Origin: Epiperipatus broadwayi
Lineage: Eukaryota > Animalia > Onychophora
Length of the DNA stretch: 64,000 nt
Direction of reading: 5' to 3'
Assembly: GCA_028023455.1 (NCBI GenBank)
Contig: JAQFVV010000006.1
Span: forward strand, 14,756,001 to 14,820,000
Positions 23,815 through 34,314 of this stretch are shown piece by piece. Under the pieces are notes generated by a model that saw only the letters and a program-made list of their open reading frames with translations, ran no database searches and had not been told where the DNA came from. Position numbers and translations under genes: made by a program. Positions within the stretch are counted from its first letter, which is position 1; each line of letters begins with the position of its first letter.

Positions 23815-24521
23815 CATCACATGATCACATTTCCTATACTAGCACATTAATTGTTGATAAGCAGAGCAAAACTCTCCATACAGTATTGCCACCTGTGCTA
23901 AACAGAGTAATCAATGGATGCCAGAAGGCTTGTGCATAAAATTCCTATCTAATGCCTACTCATCCAATATCCCCAGACTAGTTTCTGGCTTGTGGCCTTC
24001 GTCAGTGAGGAGCTTTGGATCTGAGAGCACTGCATCTAGATCTGTATGGAGAGTTTTGCTCTGTTTATCAACAGTTAATGTGCTAGTATAGGAAATGTGA
24101 TCATGTGATGCTTAATGGTTTAACACCAATCCTGCCTAATAGGATATTGGTGGCTATGGTTGTAAAAGAGCCAAAGACACCTAAATGTATGGGTGCTGAA
24201 CTGAGTTCAGACCCATATGACTATTTAAGCTATTGAGCTTAGATTGAAAATATTTTTTGTGTTTTCAATTTCATTCTCATAGTTTTGTAGTTAAGTAGAG
24301 ATAAAAAGTGGTTGCTAGAAGGTTGCATTAGATCCTAAGATCTAGATGCAGTGCTCTCAAATCCAAAGCTCATCACTGTCGAAGGCCACAAGCCAGAAAC
24401 TAGTCTGGGGATATTGGATGAGTAGGCATTAGATAGGGATTTTATGCACAAGCCTTCTGGCATCCAATGATTACTCTGTTTAGCACAGGTGGCAATACTG
24501 TATGGAGAGTTTTGCTCTGTT
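23815..24521. mobile_element. Family A HHR retroelement, best-preserved copy (inverted arm plus full 456-nt monomer)
   Basis: Minus arm 23815-24043 (intact HHR) and plus arm 24043-24521 (HHR 24370-24411, CUGUCGA). 13-bp TSD TAAATACAGTAAT at 23802-23814 and 24522-24534. Confidence 0.9.
23970..24011 (-). ncRNA. Type I hammerhead ribozyme, family A, intact
   Basis: UCCUCA-CUGACGA-A GGC CACAA GCC A-GAAAC UA GUC-UGGGGA. Only the freely variable N7 differs from the family consensus. Confidence 0.88.
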
Positions 24522-25284
24522 TAAATACAGTAATGTTATTATAGTCAAATCATTGACTATTTCCTATATATGAGCTGCATTAGATTCAAAATCCTCCCTG
24601 ACAAAGACCATAATAAAAGATATTATCTGGTTTCCATTGACAACTCAAGCTTAGAATAGAATTATTCTTAAATTCTAATCTACTATATATGTTAGGGTCC
24701 TATTTTCAACACAGTGCAATCATTAGTCGTATTCTTTATTTACAATTCAAGTACCATAATTAATTAATTAATTAACTGCAGATATAATGACTTATCACAG
24801 TATAGATGTTGCAACTTTTAATTTATTCATTAATTAATAAATTAATTTATTTCACGCTAATAGAAATTGTGAGTCTTAAAAATAATTTGAAAGCGTAAAC
24901 ATTCCTAATTTTATTTTATAGCTTTTATAAACAATAAAACAGGATGTATCATTCTTGACAATAAAATTAAAAAAAATTCTGGCAAACAGAAATATAACTA
25001 CAAAAAGGAAAGATGTTTAAAGAATTGGTCATTAACCAATAATAATCAATTTCTGTAAATGATTTTTATAACATACCTCATCTAATTAACTATTCATTAT
25101 ACGCAAATCAATAAAAAAAGTATCTAACTATAAAATAATAATAGAATATTTATGAACTGTAAGGAAGTAATAGTTAGAATAACTTGATATTTGATAAAAT
25201 TACCAAATTATTTTTATAGCCACGTAAACTGTTTTAATTGCAGTAAAGCAACTGTCCATAATATATATACTACAAAGAAATCAA

Positions 25285-25560
25285 GTCATTGTTACATGAC
25301 CTAATTAAACTAGCTTGTATTACAAATGTCATATGTAGAGCTCGCACATAAGCTCTTTACAAGCTTTGCAGAATATCCCCAATGCCAGACCGATTTCTGC
25401 TATTGGCTTTCTCAGTGAGATGTTAGGGTATTCAAGCATTCACCAGTAGCAGAAACCGACCTGAGATTGTGCTAGGACATTCAAACATTAGCCAGTAACA
25501 GAAACAGGTCTGGGGTTAGGAATATTCTGCAAAGCATGTTAAAAGCTTATATGCAAGCTA
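25285..25560. mobile_element. Family B HHR element, fold-back copy
   Basis: Inverted arms AAGCTTTGCAGAATAT / ATATTCTGCAAAGC. Decayed HHR at 25382-25421(-) plus half-motifs at 25443-25515. Homologous to 45464-45680 and 1250-1420. Confidence 0.78.
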
Positions 25561-25594
25561 TATATATATATATTAATGTAAACTTTAAATTAAA

Positions 25595-25985
25595 CATAGC
25601 AAAGGGAGTAAATCACTTTTCTCCAGGCTATGGCTTAAAAGTACTCTAAATGTTGAACAAAGAATTAAAAATAGAACAAATCCACCTATTCTTGTAGCTC
25701 TGATGTTTATAAGCATACCTCAACATTGTTGGTAATTCAGAGTGAAATTAATTTATTAACCAGATGGGATACAAGGCTGGAGACCACATCCCACTTTTAA
25801 TACCTTATTTGTAATAATTAAACAAGATTTAATATGTAAATTTTAAATTTAACATAGCCCAATGCATATGTAAACAAAGGGAGTAAATCTCTTCCCCCCA
25901 GGCTATGACTTAGTAAATGTTGACCAAAGAATGAAGAATAGAATGAATTCATCTATTCTTGGTAGCTCTGATATTCATAAACGGT
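25595..25985. repeat. Diverged direct duplication, period about 260 bp
   Basis: CAAAGGGAGTAAATC..CCAGGCTATG..AAATGTTGA.CAAAGAAT..CTATTCTTG.TAGCTCTGAT occurs twice. Confidence 0.75.
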
Positions 25986-26369
25986 ATATACCTTTGTTAA
26001 TATTTTATTAGACTGATGAGATATGGCACTTAAGTTATTAAACTCATAGTCAATTGTCGATTATAATGTTCTCTGTATATATTTCAAAGAATAATGTTTT
26101 CAGCTAATTTTTAACTTGGCTAACTTTTTTGAGATCTTTGAAATATGCATGTCGAACTTTATCAGTTATATAATTTATTCTATAAAAATCTGAAACTTAT
26201 ATGAATCAGCAATTACCAATAATTGTATATATCATTTAATAGTTTACGTTATAATAAGCTCAGTACGACATTGTCAGTTTATGTACTGATTTAATGAAAC
26301 AATTATTAAAATAGAAGAAGAAACAAGAATGAATCAGGATTGGAAGAATAGTTTGGAAATTAGTAGTAA

Positions 26370-27043
26370 AGCAGTAGCAACTCTCTGTTTACAGTAGTGC
26401 CACCCATTGCAAGCCACAGTAATCAATGGATGCTAGAAGGTTTGTGCATCAAAATCCCTATCTAATGCCTACTCATCCAATATCCCCAGGCTAGTTTCTA
26501 GCTTGTGGCCTTTATCAGTGTGGAGCCTTGCATCTGGCAACACTGCACCAATGCAATCCTTCAACAGTCCCCTTTTACCTTTTTAATTAACTATAAAGCG
26601 ATGAGTTTAAATTCAAAACAAACAATGTTTTCAATCCAAGCTAATTAGCTTGTATGATCATATAGATCTGAACCCACTTGTTTATCTATACATTTTGTTG
26701 TCCTTAATTTTTTTATTAACCATTCATCACCATCATCCTTTGGCCAAGATTGGTATGCATCACTAACGTCACATATCCACCCTTTCCTATGCTTACACAA
26801 TCTGTTTAAACAGTAACAACTCTTCATACGGTAGTGCCATCCAGTGCAAGCCTTAATAACCAATGGAACCCAGAAGATTTGTGCATTTAAATATCTATAT
26901 TGCTAATCCAATCACCAGACTAGTTTCTAGCTTGTGGTCTTTATTAGTGAGGAGACTTGGATTCGAGAGCACTATATCTGGATTTTCGGATCTAGCCAAG
27001 CCTTGTATAAGCATAAGGAATGTTGGTTATGTGATGTTTTAAC
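26370..27043 (-). mobile_element. Family A HHR retroelement, decayed tandem dimer with short inverted end
   Basis: Two damaged HHRs at 26483-26524 and 26912-26953, about 430 nt apart. TSD AAATTAG/ATAGTAA at 26357-26369 and 27044-27056. Confidence 0.8.
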
Positions 27044-27598
27044 AAATTAATAGTAAGAACTAGCTGCATTTATTGTGATATATAATGGTTTCAAGAAGAG
27101 AAAATATTTTCTCATGCCGCACTTATTAATTAAGAGCTTGTTTGAGCTATTGGTACGCTCTCTGTATTGCATTTTTGTAATTATAATGCCACGTTATATA
27201 TGACTTGCTTTTTTAATTATTATAAAATAGTGCTCATCATTATTATATTTTGCATATATTTATTTTAAATATTTGTCATATTTATGTCTGTATGTGTCTA
27301 CTTTATGCAATAGTTATTGTATTAATCTGCCATGAACATAACATGAGAAACAATTTGAGAATTGTTTTTAAGTAGCCGGTGAATATCTAACCAAATTAAT
27401 ATTCAGTTGATCTTAATGAGGAAGGAAAACCATAAAAATCCTTACCATGTCTCGATTGGTGTGGTAAGTAATCTTTTCTCTGTCAGTATTTTTCAACTCT
27501 GGTGGAAAAGTACTGCAAGGCCCTCGCAGTGCAATGGGCCCTTTATATGTACTGATTTTGACAATTCATATTCTCTATGCATTAATTTTTATTTTTAG

Positions 27599-27659
27599 TG
27601 CTGGTATACTTCCCAAGCTTTTTGAATGTTTAGGCGATATGGATCAATTTGTGAGGAAG
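27599..27659 (+). CDS. STK36: Exon of STK36/Fused-like kinase
   Basis: tttttag acceptor and gtaatt donor, 61 nt, phase 2 to 0. Encodes AGILPKLFECLGDMDQFVRK, compare human GLLSLLLLGLGDKDPVVR (recalled). Continues the previous exon in frame. Confidence 0.8.
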
Positions 27660-27779
27660 GTAATTTTTTTTTTGTATTCATTATCTCTTGCCATCTCTTT
27701 TTTTTTTATTATCAGAAGATATTGATTTAATGTTAATATCAGGTTTTCTAAAGTGTTTATACTTCAAGGTAAGATATTA

Positions 27780-28182
27780 AAACAGACAATACTCTCTTTA
27801 CGTATTGCCACTCAGTGCAATGGATGCCAGAAGACTTGTGCATAAAATCCCCATCTAGTGCCTACTCATCCAATATCTCCAGACTAGTTTCTGGCTTGTG
27901 ACCTTCATCAGTGAGGAGCCTTGGATCTGAGAGCACTGCAGGTAGATCTTAGGATCTAATGCAACCCTCTAGCAGCCACCTTTTATCTCTACTTACCTAC
28001 AAAACTATGAGACAAATTGGAAACACAATAATATTTCCAATCCAAGCTCATCGGCTTATATAGTCATATAGGTCCGAACTCAGTTCAGTACCCTTACATT
28101 TTGGTGTCTTTGGTTCTTTAATAACCATAGCAGCTAAGAGAAAGCATAAGAAATAGTGATCATGTGATGTTTATTGGCCTAA
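27780..28182 (-). mobile_element. Family A HHR retroelement with short inverted end
   Basis: HHR at 27876-27917. 14-bp TSD AAGGTAAGATATTA at 27766-27779 and 28183-28196. Confidence 0.88.
27876..27917 (-). ncRNA. Type I hammerhead ribozyme, family A, core intact
   Basis: UCCUCA-CUGAUGA-A GGU CACAA GCC A-GAAAC UA GUC-UGGAGA. One stem I mismatch and a U-G pair in stem II. Confidence 0.8.
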
Positions 28183-28269
28183 AAGGTAAGATATTATTGC
28201 AAAATTTTCCTCAGATAATTATTATAGTTTATAATTCAGAATTTGATTACAATATATAATTTGACATTT

Positions 28270-28560
28270 TAGTTAAATAACGTGTCAATAGATGGCGTAT
28301 TTTCATTTAGAATATTAATTGAATGTAAATGTTTGAAAACAGAATGGGTACATATAATGAAGTTGTGGAAAAATAAACATGAAAAGAGTGATTATACAGA
28401 AAGTGACTTATTGGTTTTTATGCTGGGTTTGGGAAAAGATAAGGGGGATTTAGATATAAAGGTTATAGAATTGACAAAGATTATGTTGTGGAAATGGGAT
28501 AGAGCAGATTATGGGTAAATTTAGAGTGGGGAATGTAAAATAAAGTGGCTAACAGGTTTA
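28270..28560 (+). mobile_element. Possible LINE 3' relic (L1-like)
   Basis: Purine-rich ORF 28282-28518 resembling the post-knuckle region of L1-like ORF2. Weak support. Confidence 0.3.
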
Positions 28561-29739
28561 TCTGGGCATAATTGCTGAGATATTCTTGACTTCGTTTAAG
28601 GAGAAGCCATAATACATCACATCACGTCAAAGTAAAAGAAAGTTATATGTTGAGATAGTGGATTTGAATGTCATAAAATAATACTTTAAAAATAATATTT
28701 AAAAATAAATAGGTGAAAAGTTTTCAATGAGAAGTAAAATAGAATTTCAGGTAAATTAATTAAAACATTGATGTAAAGGTGTTAAATGCAGGTAAAACTT
28801 ATGAGTCTGATTTGGGGATATAAAAAGATGCAAATATACCCACACATTTATGTCTTTACTGCTTTTTATTTTATTTGTTTAAAATTGTATAAATTATTTA
28901 TAAAAATATATAAGTAGATAGCCCTTCGTATAACTCCAAATAGACAACTCACTGATTTAAAATTTTGTACCTGAAATTAAACATAGCATTACAATAAATA
29001 AAATTAAATACAATAAAATGCTGAAAATGTATGAAACTATACATTATTTAATAGCAGTTATTGGGAAAACTGTACAACCAACATAGATAATAAGTTCTGC
29101 TCAATAATATTTAATGTCGTTATATTAAAGTCGTGAAAGAAAGAAAAAGTGAATTGAAATAGAAATGGGTTACATTATTACCGGGTAACCCGACCCGGAG
29201 TTTGCATCCATTGCCGGCTGAGTTCAGTCAGAATGCCGAAGTAGCTGAGTACCGTATCTTTATCGCGATGTTTTGGAGAAGTTTTGGTACATAAATGTAT
29301 GCTTTAAGTCAACCATTATTATTATTATTATTTGCCCTAGCTGGTACTCAGATCAACTCCATTTCTAGTATTTTTGCTGATCGAATGCTTGTTGAAATCC
29401 TGAACAATAAAGCCGTTCAATTTTTTTTTTTTACGATGTTATTATACTTTCTATATTGTTGAGAACTATCCTCTTTGTTTTGAGATTATGAAAATAATTG
29501 GTTAGTTGTATGGATGAACATGTTTTAATGTATTTACATTATATCAGTTTGAGATTAACTATTCATTGAACAGCGAATAGTTTTAGTGAAGTAAAGTATG
29601 CAAAGAGCTGGAGTAAATGTCATTTATCTTACTACAAAAATATATATATACGGTCAAAATATTTTTAGGATTATTCACAGATAGGCATATAAGTAATAAT
29701 AGTCATTAATTAATAAAAGATAATAATTGCTTATTTATT

Positions 29740-30845
29740 ATTGTTATCATCATCATCAACCATTATCAATCCACTGCAGGATGAAGGTCTCTCCAAGTTT
29801 AATCTATCTTCTCCGATCTTTAACTTCTCTTCTCCACATCACCCCTGCACACTTTCTTATTTCATAAATCCATCTCACATGTGGTCTCTTTCTGGGTCTT
29901 TTACAATCTCTTGGAATCCACTTTAAGATTTCAATTGTCCATCTATTATCATCTCTTCTAGCAATATGTCCAGCCCAACTCCACTTCAATCTTTTAATTT
30001 TTTCAATGAGGTCAGTAACACCTGTTTGTTCTCTTATCCATACATTGCGTTTTCAATCTCTTCTTGTTACTCCCAATATGCATATCTCCATACTTCTTTG
30101 AGTGGTCTGGAGCCTCTGTATTGCTCATCTATTAAATGTCCAAGTCTTAGATCCATAAGTAAGAACTGGTAAAACACATTTGTTAAAAACCTTTCTTTTC
30201 AAACACATAGGCATATTTTCTTTTAGTATCAAGTTATTTCTACTAAACACACCCCAACTAAATTTAATTCTATGGTTAATTTAATCCATTATGTTTCCAT
30301 CTGTATTAATAATCTGACCAAGGTATTTGTAACTGTTAACTTCTTCTAACTCATCATAATCAATCTATATTTTCATATTTTGAGAAAATCTATTAAATAT
30401 TACTTTAGTCTTTTTAACATTTATCTTTAGTCCTACTTTCATCTGATAACTCCTGCAACATTTCCTGTAGCTCTAAAGCATTATTTGCAAAAACAACTAC
30501 ATCATCTACAAAATCTAAATGACTTAAATAATCTCCATTTACTTTCACTCCTTTAGCTTCCCATTTTAATCCACAAATACTTCTTGCAGTACTGCTGTAA
30601 AAGGTTTTGGAGATATGGAATCACCCTGTCTTACACTCTTTTCAATGTTGATTTTCCTACTATCATTATGCAATCTAATTGTTGCTGTTGCATTTTTATA
30701 AATATTCTTTAAAATAAGACAATATCCTGGATCTACACCTTGATGATCCAATGCTTTAATCACTGAAGAAATGTTTATAGAATCAAATGCCTTTTCATAG
30801 CCTACAAATCCTAAGCATAATGACAACTCATATTCATTTGTAACA
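29740..30845 (-). mobile_element. 5'-truncated RTE LINE
   Basis: ORFs with FVGYEKAFDSI, VRQGDSISPKPF and MKWSWAGHIARRDDNRWT. (GAT)n tail at about 29740-29755. Confidence 0.92.
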
Positions 30846-30892
30846 GACACAGGAACAGGTTTTTATGTCATATGATAATAGATTAGCTAGGG

Positions 30893-31258
30893 CAGGGGTC
30901 CCTAACCCTATGCCTGTGGGCACCATTGGCGCCCATAGACCATTTTACGTGTTCCTGCCGCTATCTGAACATGATAAATTATTTATCTGATACAAATAAA
31001 TTTAATTTTTAAAAGTTCTTATAAATTATTGTATTATATTGTAATCAAATGGTAGGGCATACTATACTTTTACAGCGTAAAAATATAAACGTTAATTATA
31101 TGTTAAAATTTTATTTTTGAAATAAATATTTTTTTGTACATTATGTGTATTATTAACAATATTCAACTATAAATTTACATTAAAAAAATAAATGGTGCTC
31201 ACCACCTGGTCGATATTGTAGAATGTGCTCTTAAGTGCAAAAAGGTTGGGGACCCCTG
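30893..31258. mobile_element. hAT-type MITE
   Basis: TIRs CAGGGGTCCCTAACC and GGTTGGGGACCCCTG. No matching 8-bp TSD seen. Confidence 0.78.
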
Positions 31259-32090
31259 TATTAAGATATATAACTATTAGAGATGGGAAAAGAGATAAAT
31301 CGTTTAGAAAAAAAAAACCAAATAGTAAAAAAAAAAAATGAAAAAAAAATAAAAATGATATAAAATATGAACAATTGTATAACAGTAAACAGATTACTAT
31401 TTGTGATATGAAAGCAGAAACTAATAATGGACTAAGGATTTAAATTGTTTAAGTAGATTAAATAGAAATGTAAATAGAGTATTGAACACTTAATTTTAGA
31501 TCACAAGGTATTGAAAGGAGATCAGAATAAATTGCATGGATAATGGAAGAAATTTAAAGATAAAGATAGGGGAAAAGATAGAGATTTTCCTTAAGATGAA
31601 ATTGGGAAATATGAGGACAACATAATGGAACTAATGAAATAGCTTTCATTAAAATGGGGGCTGGAGGGGAAAAAAGAAATGAAATAGGACTTCAAAAATA
31701 TTTGCACAATAAGAAATAAGAAGCAAACAAATTTATTGTGATATGTAAGGTTTTGGATGAAGAGAATGGTTAACATTTGGGTAACAGAATTTCTGGGCAT
31801 ATATCCTAATGTACAGAAATTTATGTCCTTGTTTAAGGAGAAGGCATTTTATATCATACATCATATTATCACATAACTATGTAATGATATCCAATCATAT
31901 TCAAAGGTATTCTGATATTGTTTGCTATTTGCTGGACATTATTTACTTGATTTTTAAGCTATATCATAATTTTCAAAAAGCGCATCTATATATGAATTAC
32001 TTAAAAGTAGCACTTTTAAGTCTTCATGTGTAAAAGTAGCACTTTTAAGTCTTCATGTGATTTATGCATTTTGAAGTATATTGAATATAT

Positions 32091-32533
32091 CAGGTGTGGC
32101 TAACTTTTGTGTTCATAAGATCTACTTTTTATTTTAAAAATGTGTTGCGATCAACTTGTTGTCATAGGCATAGTCTAAGTGGAGGGAGGTGTGAAATATG
32201 TACTATTTTTATATATCTACCTAGTAAAAAATAATTATTTAACAGGCCAAAAAACTCATGTCTGGGGAATTAAAGCAAAATGAGTAATTATTAACAATAT
32301 TTATTAATTCAAATTGGCTACATTAAGTCAAGATTAAAAATATTATTTTCAATAATGATACGGCTTAGTGGATTTCACCAATCTAGAATTGAAAAAAAAA
32401 TTAGAACTTGAAAATTTTGATTTAATTTGTTTCACTCGTTACCCGACAGCTCTTGCCAGATTGGCTTGGCGATCAACCAAAAATGGCTTTGCGATCGACC
32501 GGCGGATCACGATCGACTTGTTGGGCACCCCTG
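32091..32533. mobile_element. hAT-type MITE, copy 1 of a direct pair
   Basis: TIRs CAGGTGTGGCTAAC and GTTGGGCACCCCTG. Flanks are GAATATAT (left) and GTATAAAG (right). Confidence 0.88.
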
Positions 32534-33136
32534 GTATAAAGGAATGAGATATATAGTCAATAAATGACTCTTAAACAGATAAAATTGATCAAAATTATCC
32601 CTCTAACAATGCTCCGGAATCAAAAGCCACTCATTATTTACAAAATATATATATGTAGCTAAGAACAGCTAAATAGCTCTTGCTTACTAATATTGGATAG
32701 TAATTTGAATTAGCTTTGGACTATCTGAAAAAAAAAATCCTTGTTGAAAAAAAAATTTTTTTTAAGTTTACTCAGACCAGATTCAATTCAGATTGAATGC
32801 ATAGTAGGTAGATGCACTATCAAAGCACATCAAAAAAAAAGTGGGAACAAACATTAATTTTTAACTTTTTTAAATATATTTCTCAAGAATATATTCAGTT
32901 TACATAAACTCCTACTTTAAGAAATCGTAAAAAGTTTTAATTGCTAAATATTATCTAAAAGTTGCCAGAAACCACAAAAAAATTAACTAAATGTAAAGTG
33001 AATTTTTAATATGGGTATTAATATATCAAACACTTTGCAAATAGGCATTAAATTAATTAATTGTTATTTAACATTAATATATTTAATAATTGTTTTAAAT
33101 TTCCAGCAGCCTATATAAAAACTGAATTGTATAAAG

Positions 33137-33597
33137 CAGGGATGGCCAACTTTTGGGTTCATAAGTATCTACTTATTATTTTAAAAATGTGTTGCGACCG
33201 ACTTGTTGTCATAGGCGCAGTCTAAGTGGAGGGAGGTGTGAAATATGTACTATTTTTATATATCTACCTAGTAAAAAATAACAATTATTTAACAGGCCAA
33301 AAAACTCATGTCTGGGGAATTAAAGCAAAATGAGTAATTATTAACAATATTTATTAATTCAAATTAGCTACATTAAATCAAGATTAAAAATATTATTCTC
33401 AATAATGATACATACGGCTTAGTGGATCTAGAATGAAAAAAAATTTAGAACAAAAACAGAAATAAAAAAACTTGAAAATGTTGACTTAATTTGTTTCACT
33501 CTTTACCCAGAAACTCTCGCCCGATTGGCCTCACGATCAACCAAAAATGGTTTTGCGATCAACCAGTGGATTACGATCGACTTGTTGGACACCCCTG
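33137..33597. mobile_element. hAT-type MITE, copy 2 of a direct pair
   Basis: TIRs CAGGGATGGCCAAC and GTTGGACACCCCTG. Flanks are GTATAAAG (left) and GAATATAT (right). Highly similar to copy 1. Confidence 0.88.
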
Positions 33598-34100
33598 GAA
33601 TATATAATAGCTTTATAGCATAGCAGTATGATTTTTCCTGCCATGCTCATTCTGTGTTTGAATTCAGACTAGATAAGATTCAGGCTTTTTTCTCAGGTTT
33701 AAACCGGCTTAAGATTTTTTTCTTCAGGATGCTGACCTATAATTGATACAATTAAGCATCAAAATTTAGTCACTAAATGGCTGATTAGCTATTTGTAGTT
33801 GAAAAATTAAACAGTAGGAAAATATTAAAATTTCTCACTACCCAATACTATGCAAATTGGTGAGTAATACTTTCTCCTGGGTTCAGTGATCGAATGGCAG
33901 ATTCTGGTCTGAAGAAATAAAAAAAATAAAAAGTTTCAGTTTAATCAGTTGTATAGAATTGTGCCCAACTTGCTACTTATGTGTTTAAATGTTAAATCAT
34001 TTCCTGAGAAATTAAACTTATGATCACAGTTTTTATTTAGCGATGCCTCCCCTCCGCTGTTCTCATTTATTGTTGATGAGTTTTTGTTCTGCGGTGGACT

Positions 34101-34314
34101 TATTATATCTCACCATATCTGTAATTAATGGACTAATCCAGATTTCATCTTATCTTGATGGGATTGAGCTTTTCATTGCTACAGATCGATAGATGTATGA
34201 ATCGTTAAAATATGCCCAATAGCAGAAACAGATCAATAAGCGATGATGTTCATTCTAATCAAGATAAGAGAGAATCTGGCTTAGTCCATCAGTTAAAGGT
34301 AATGTGAGATAATA
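34101..34314. repeat. MITE-like inverted repeat
   Basis: Arms of about 58 bp (ATGGACTAATCCAGATT..TCTTATCTTGAT and its complement) with a spacer of about 95 bp. Confidence 0.75.

Noticed and set aside
27407-27465. ag..gtaagt-bounded open segment LILMRKENHKNPYHVSIGV
   Set aside because: Phase 0-0 is incompatible with the phase 2 junction between the 17372 and 27599 exons.
33860-33920. GGTGAGTAAT-containing motif (also reversed near 37330-37375) as an HDV-like ribozyme
   Set aside because: There is no room for P2 and P1 is mismatched. It is only a small unclassified repeat.
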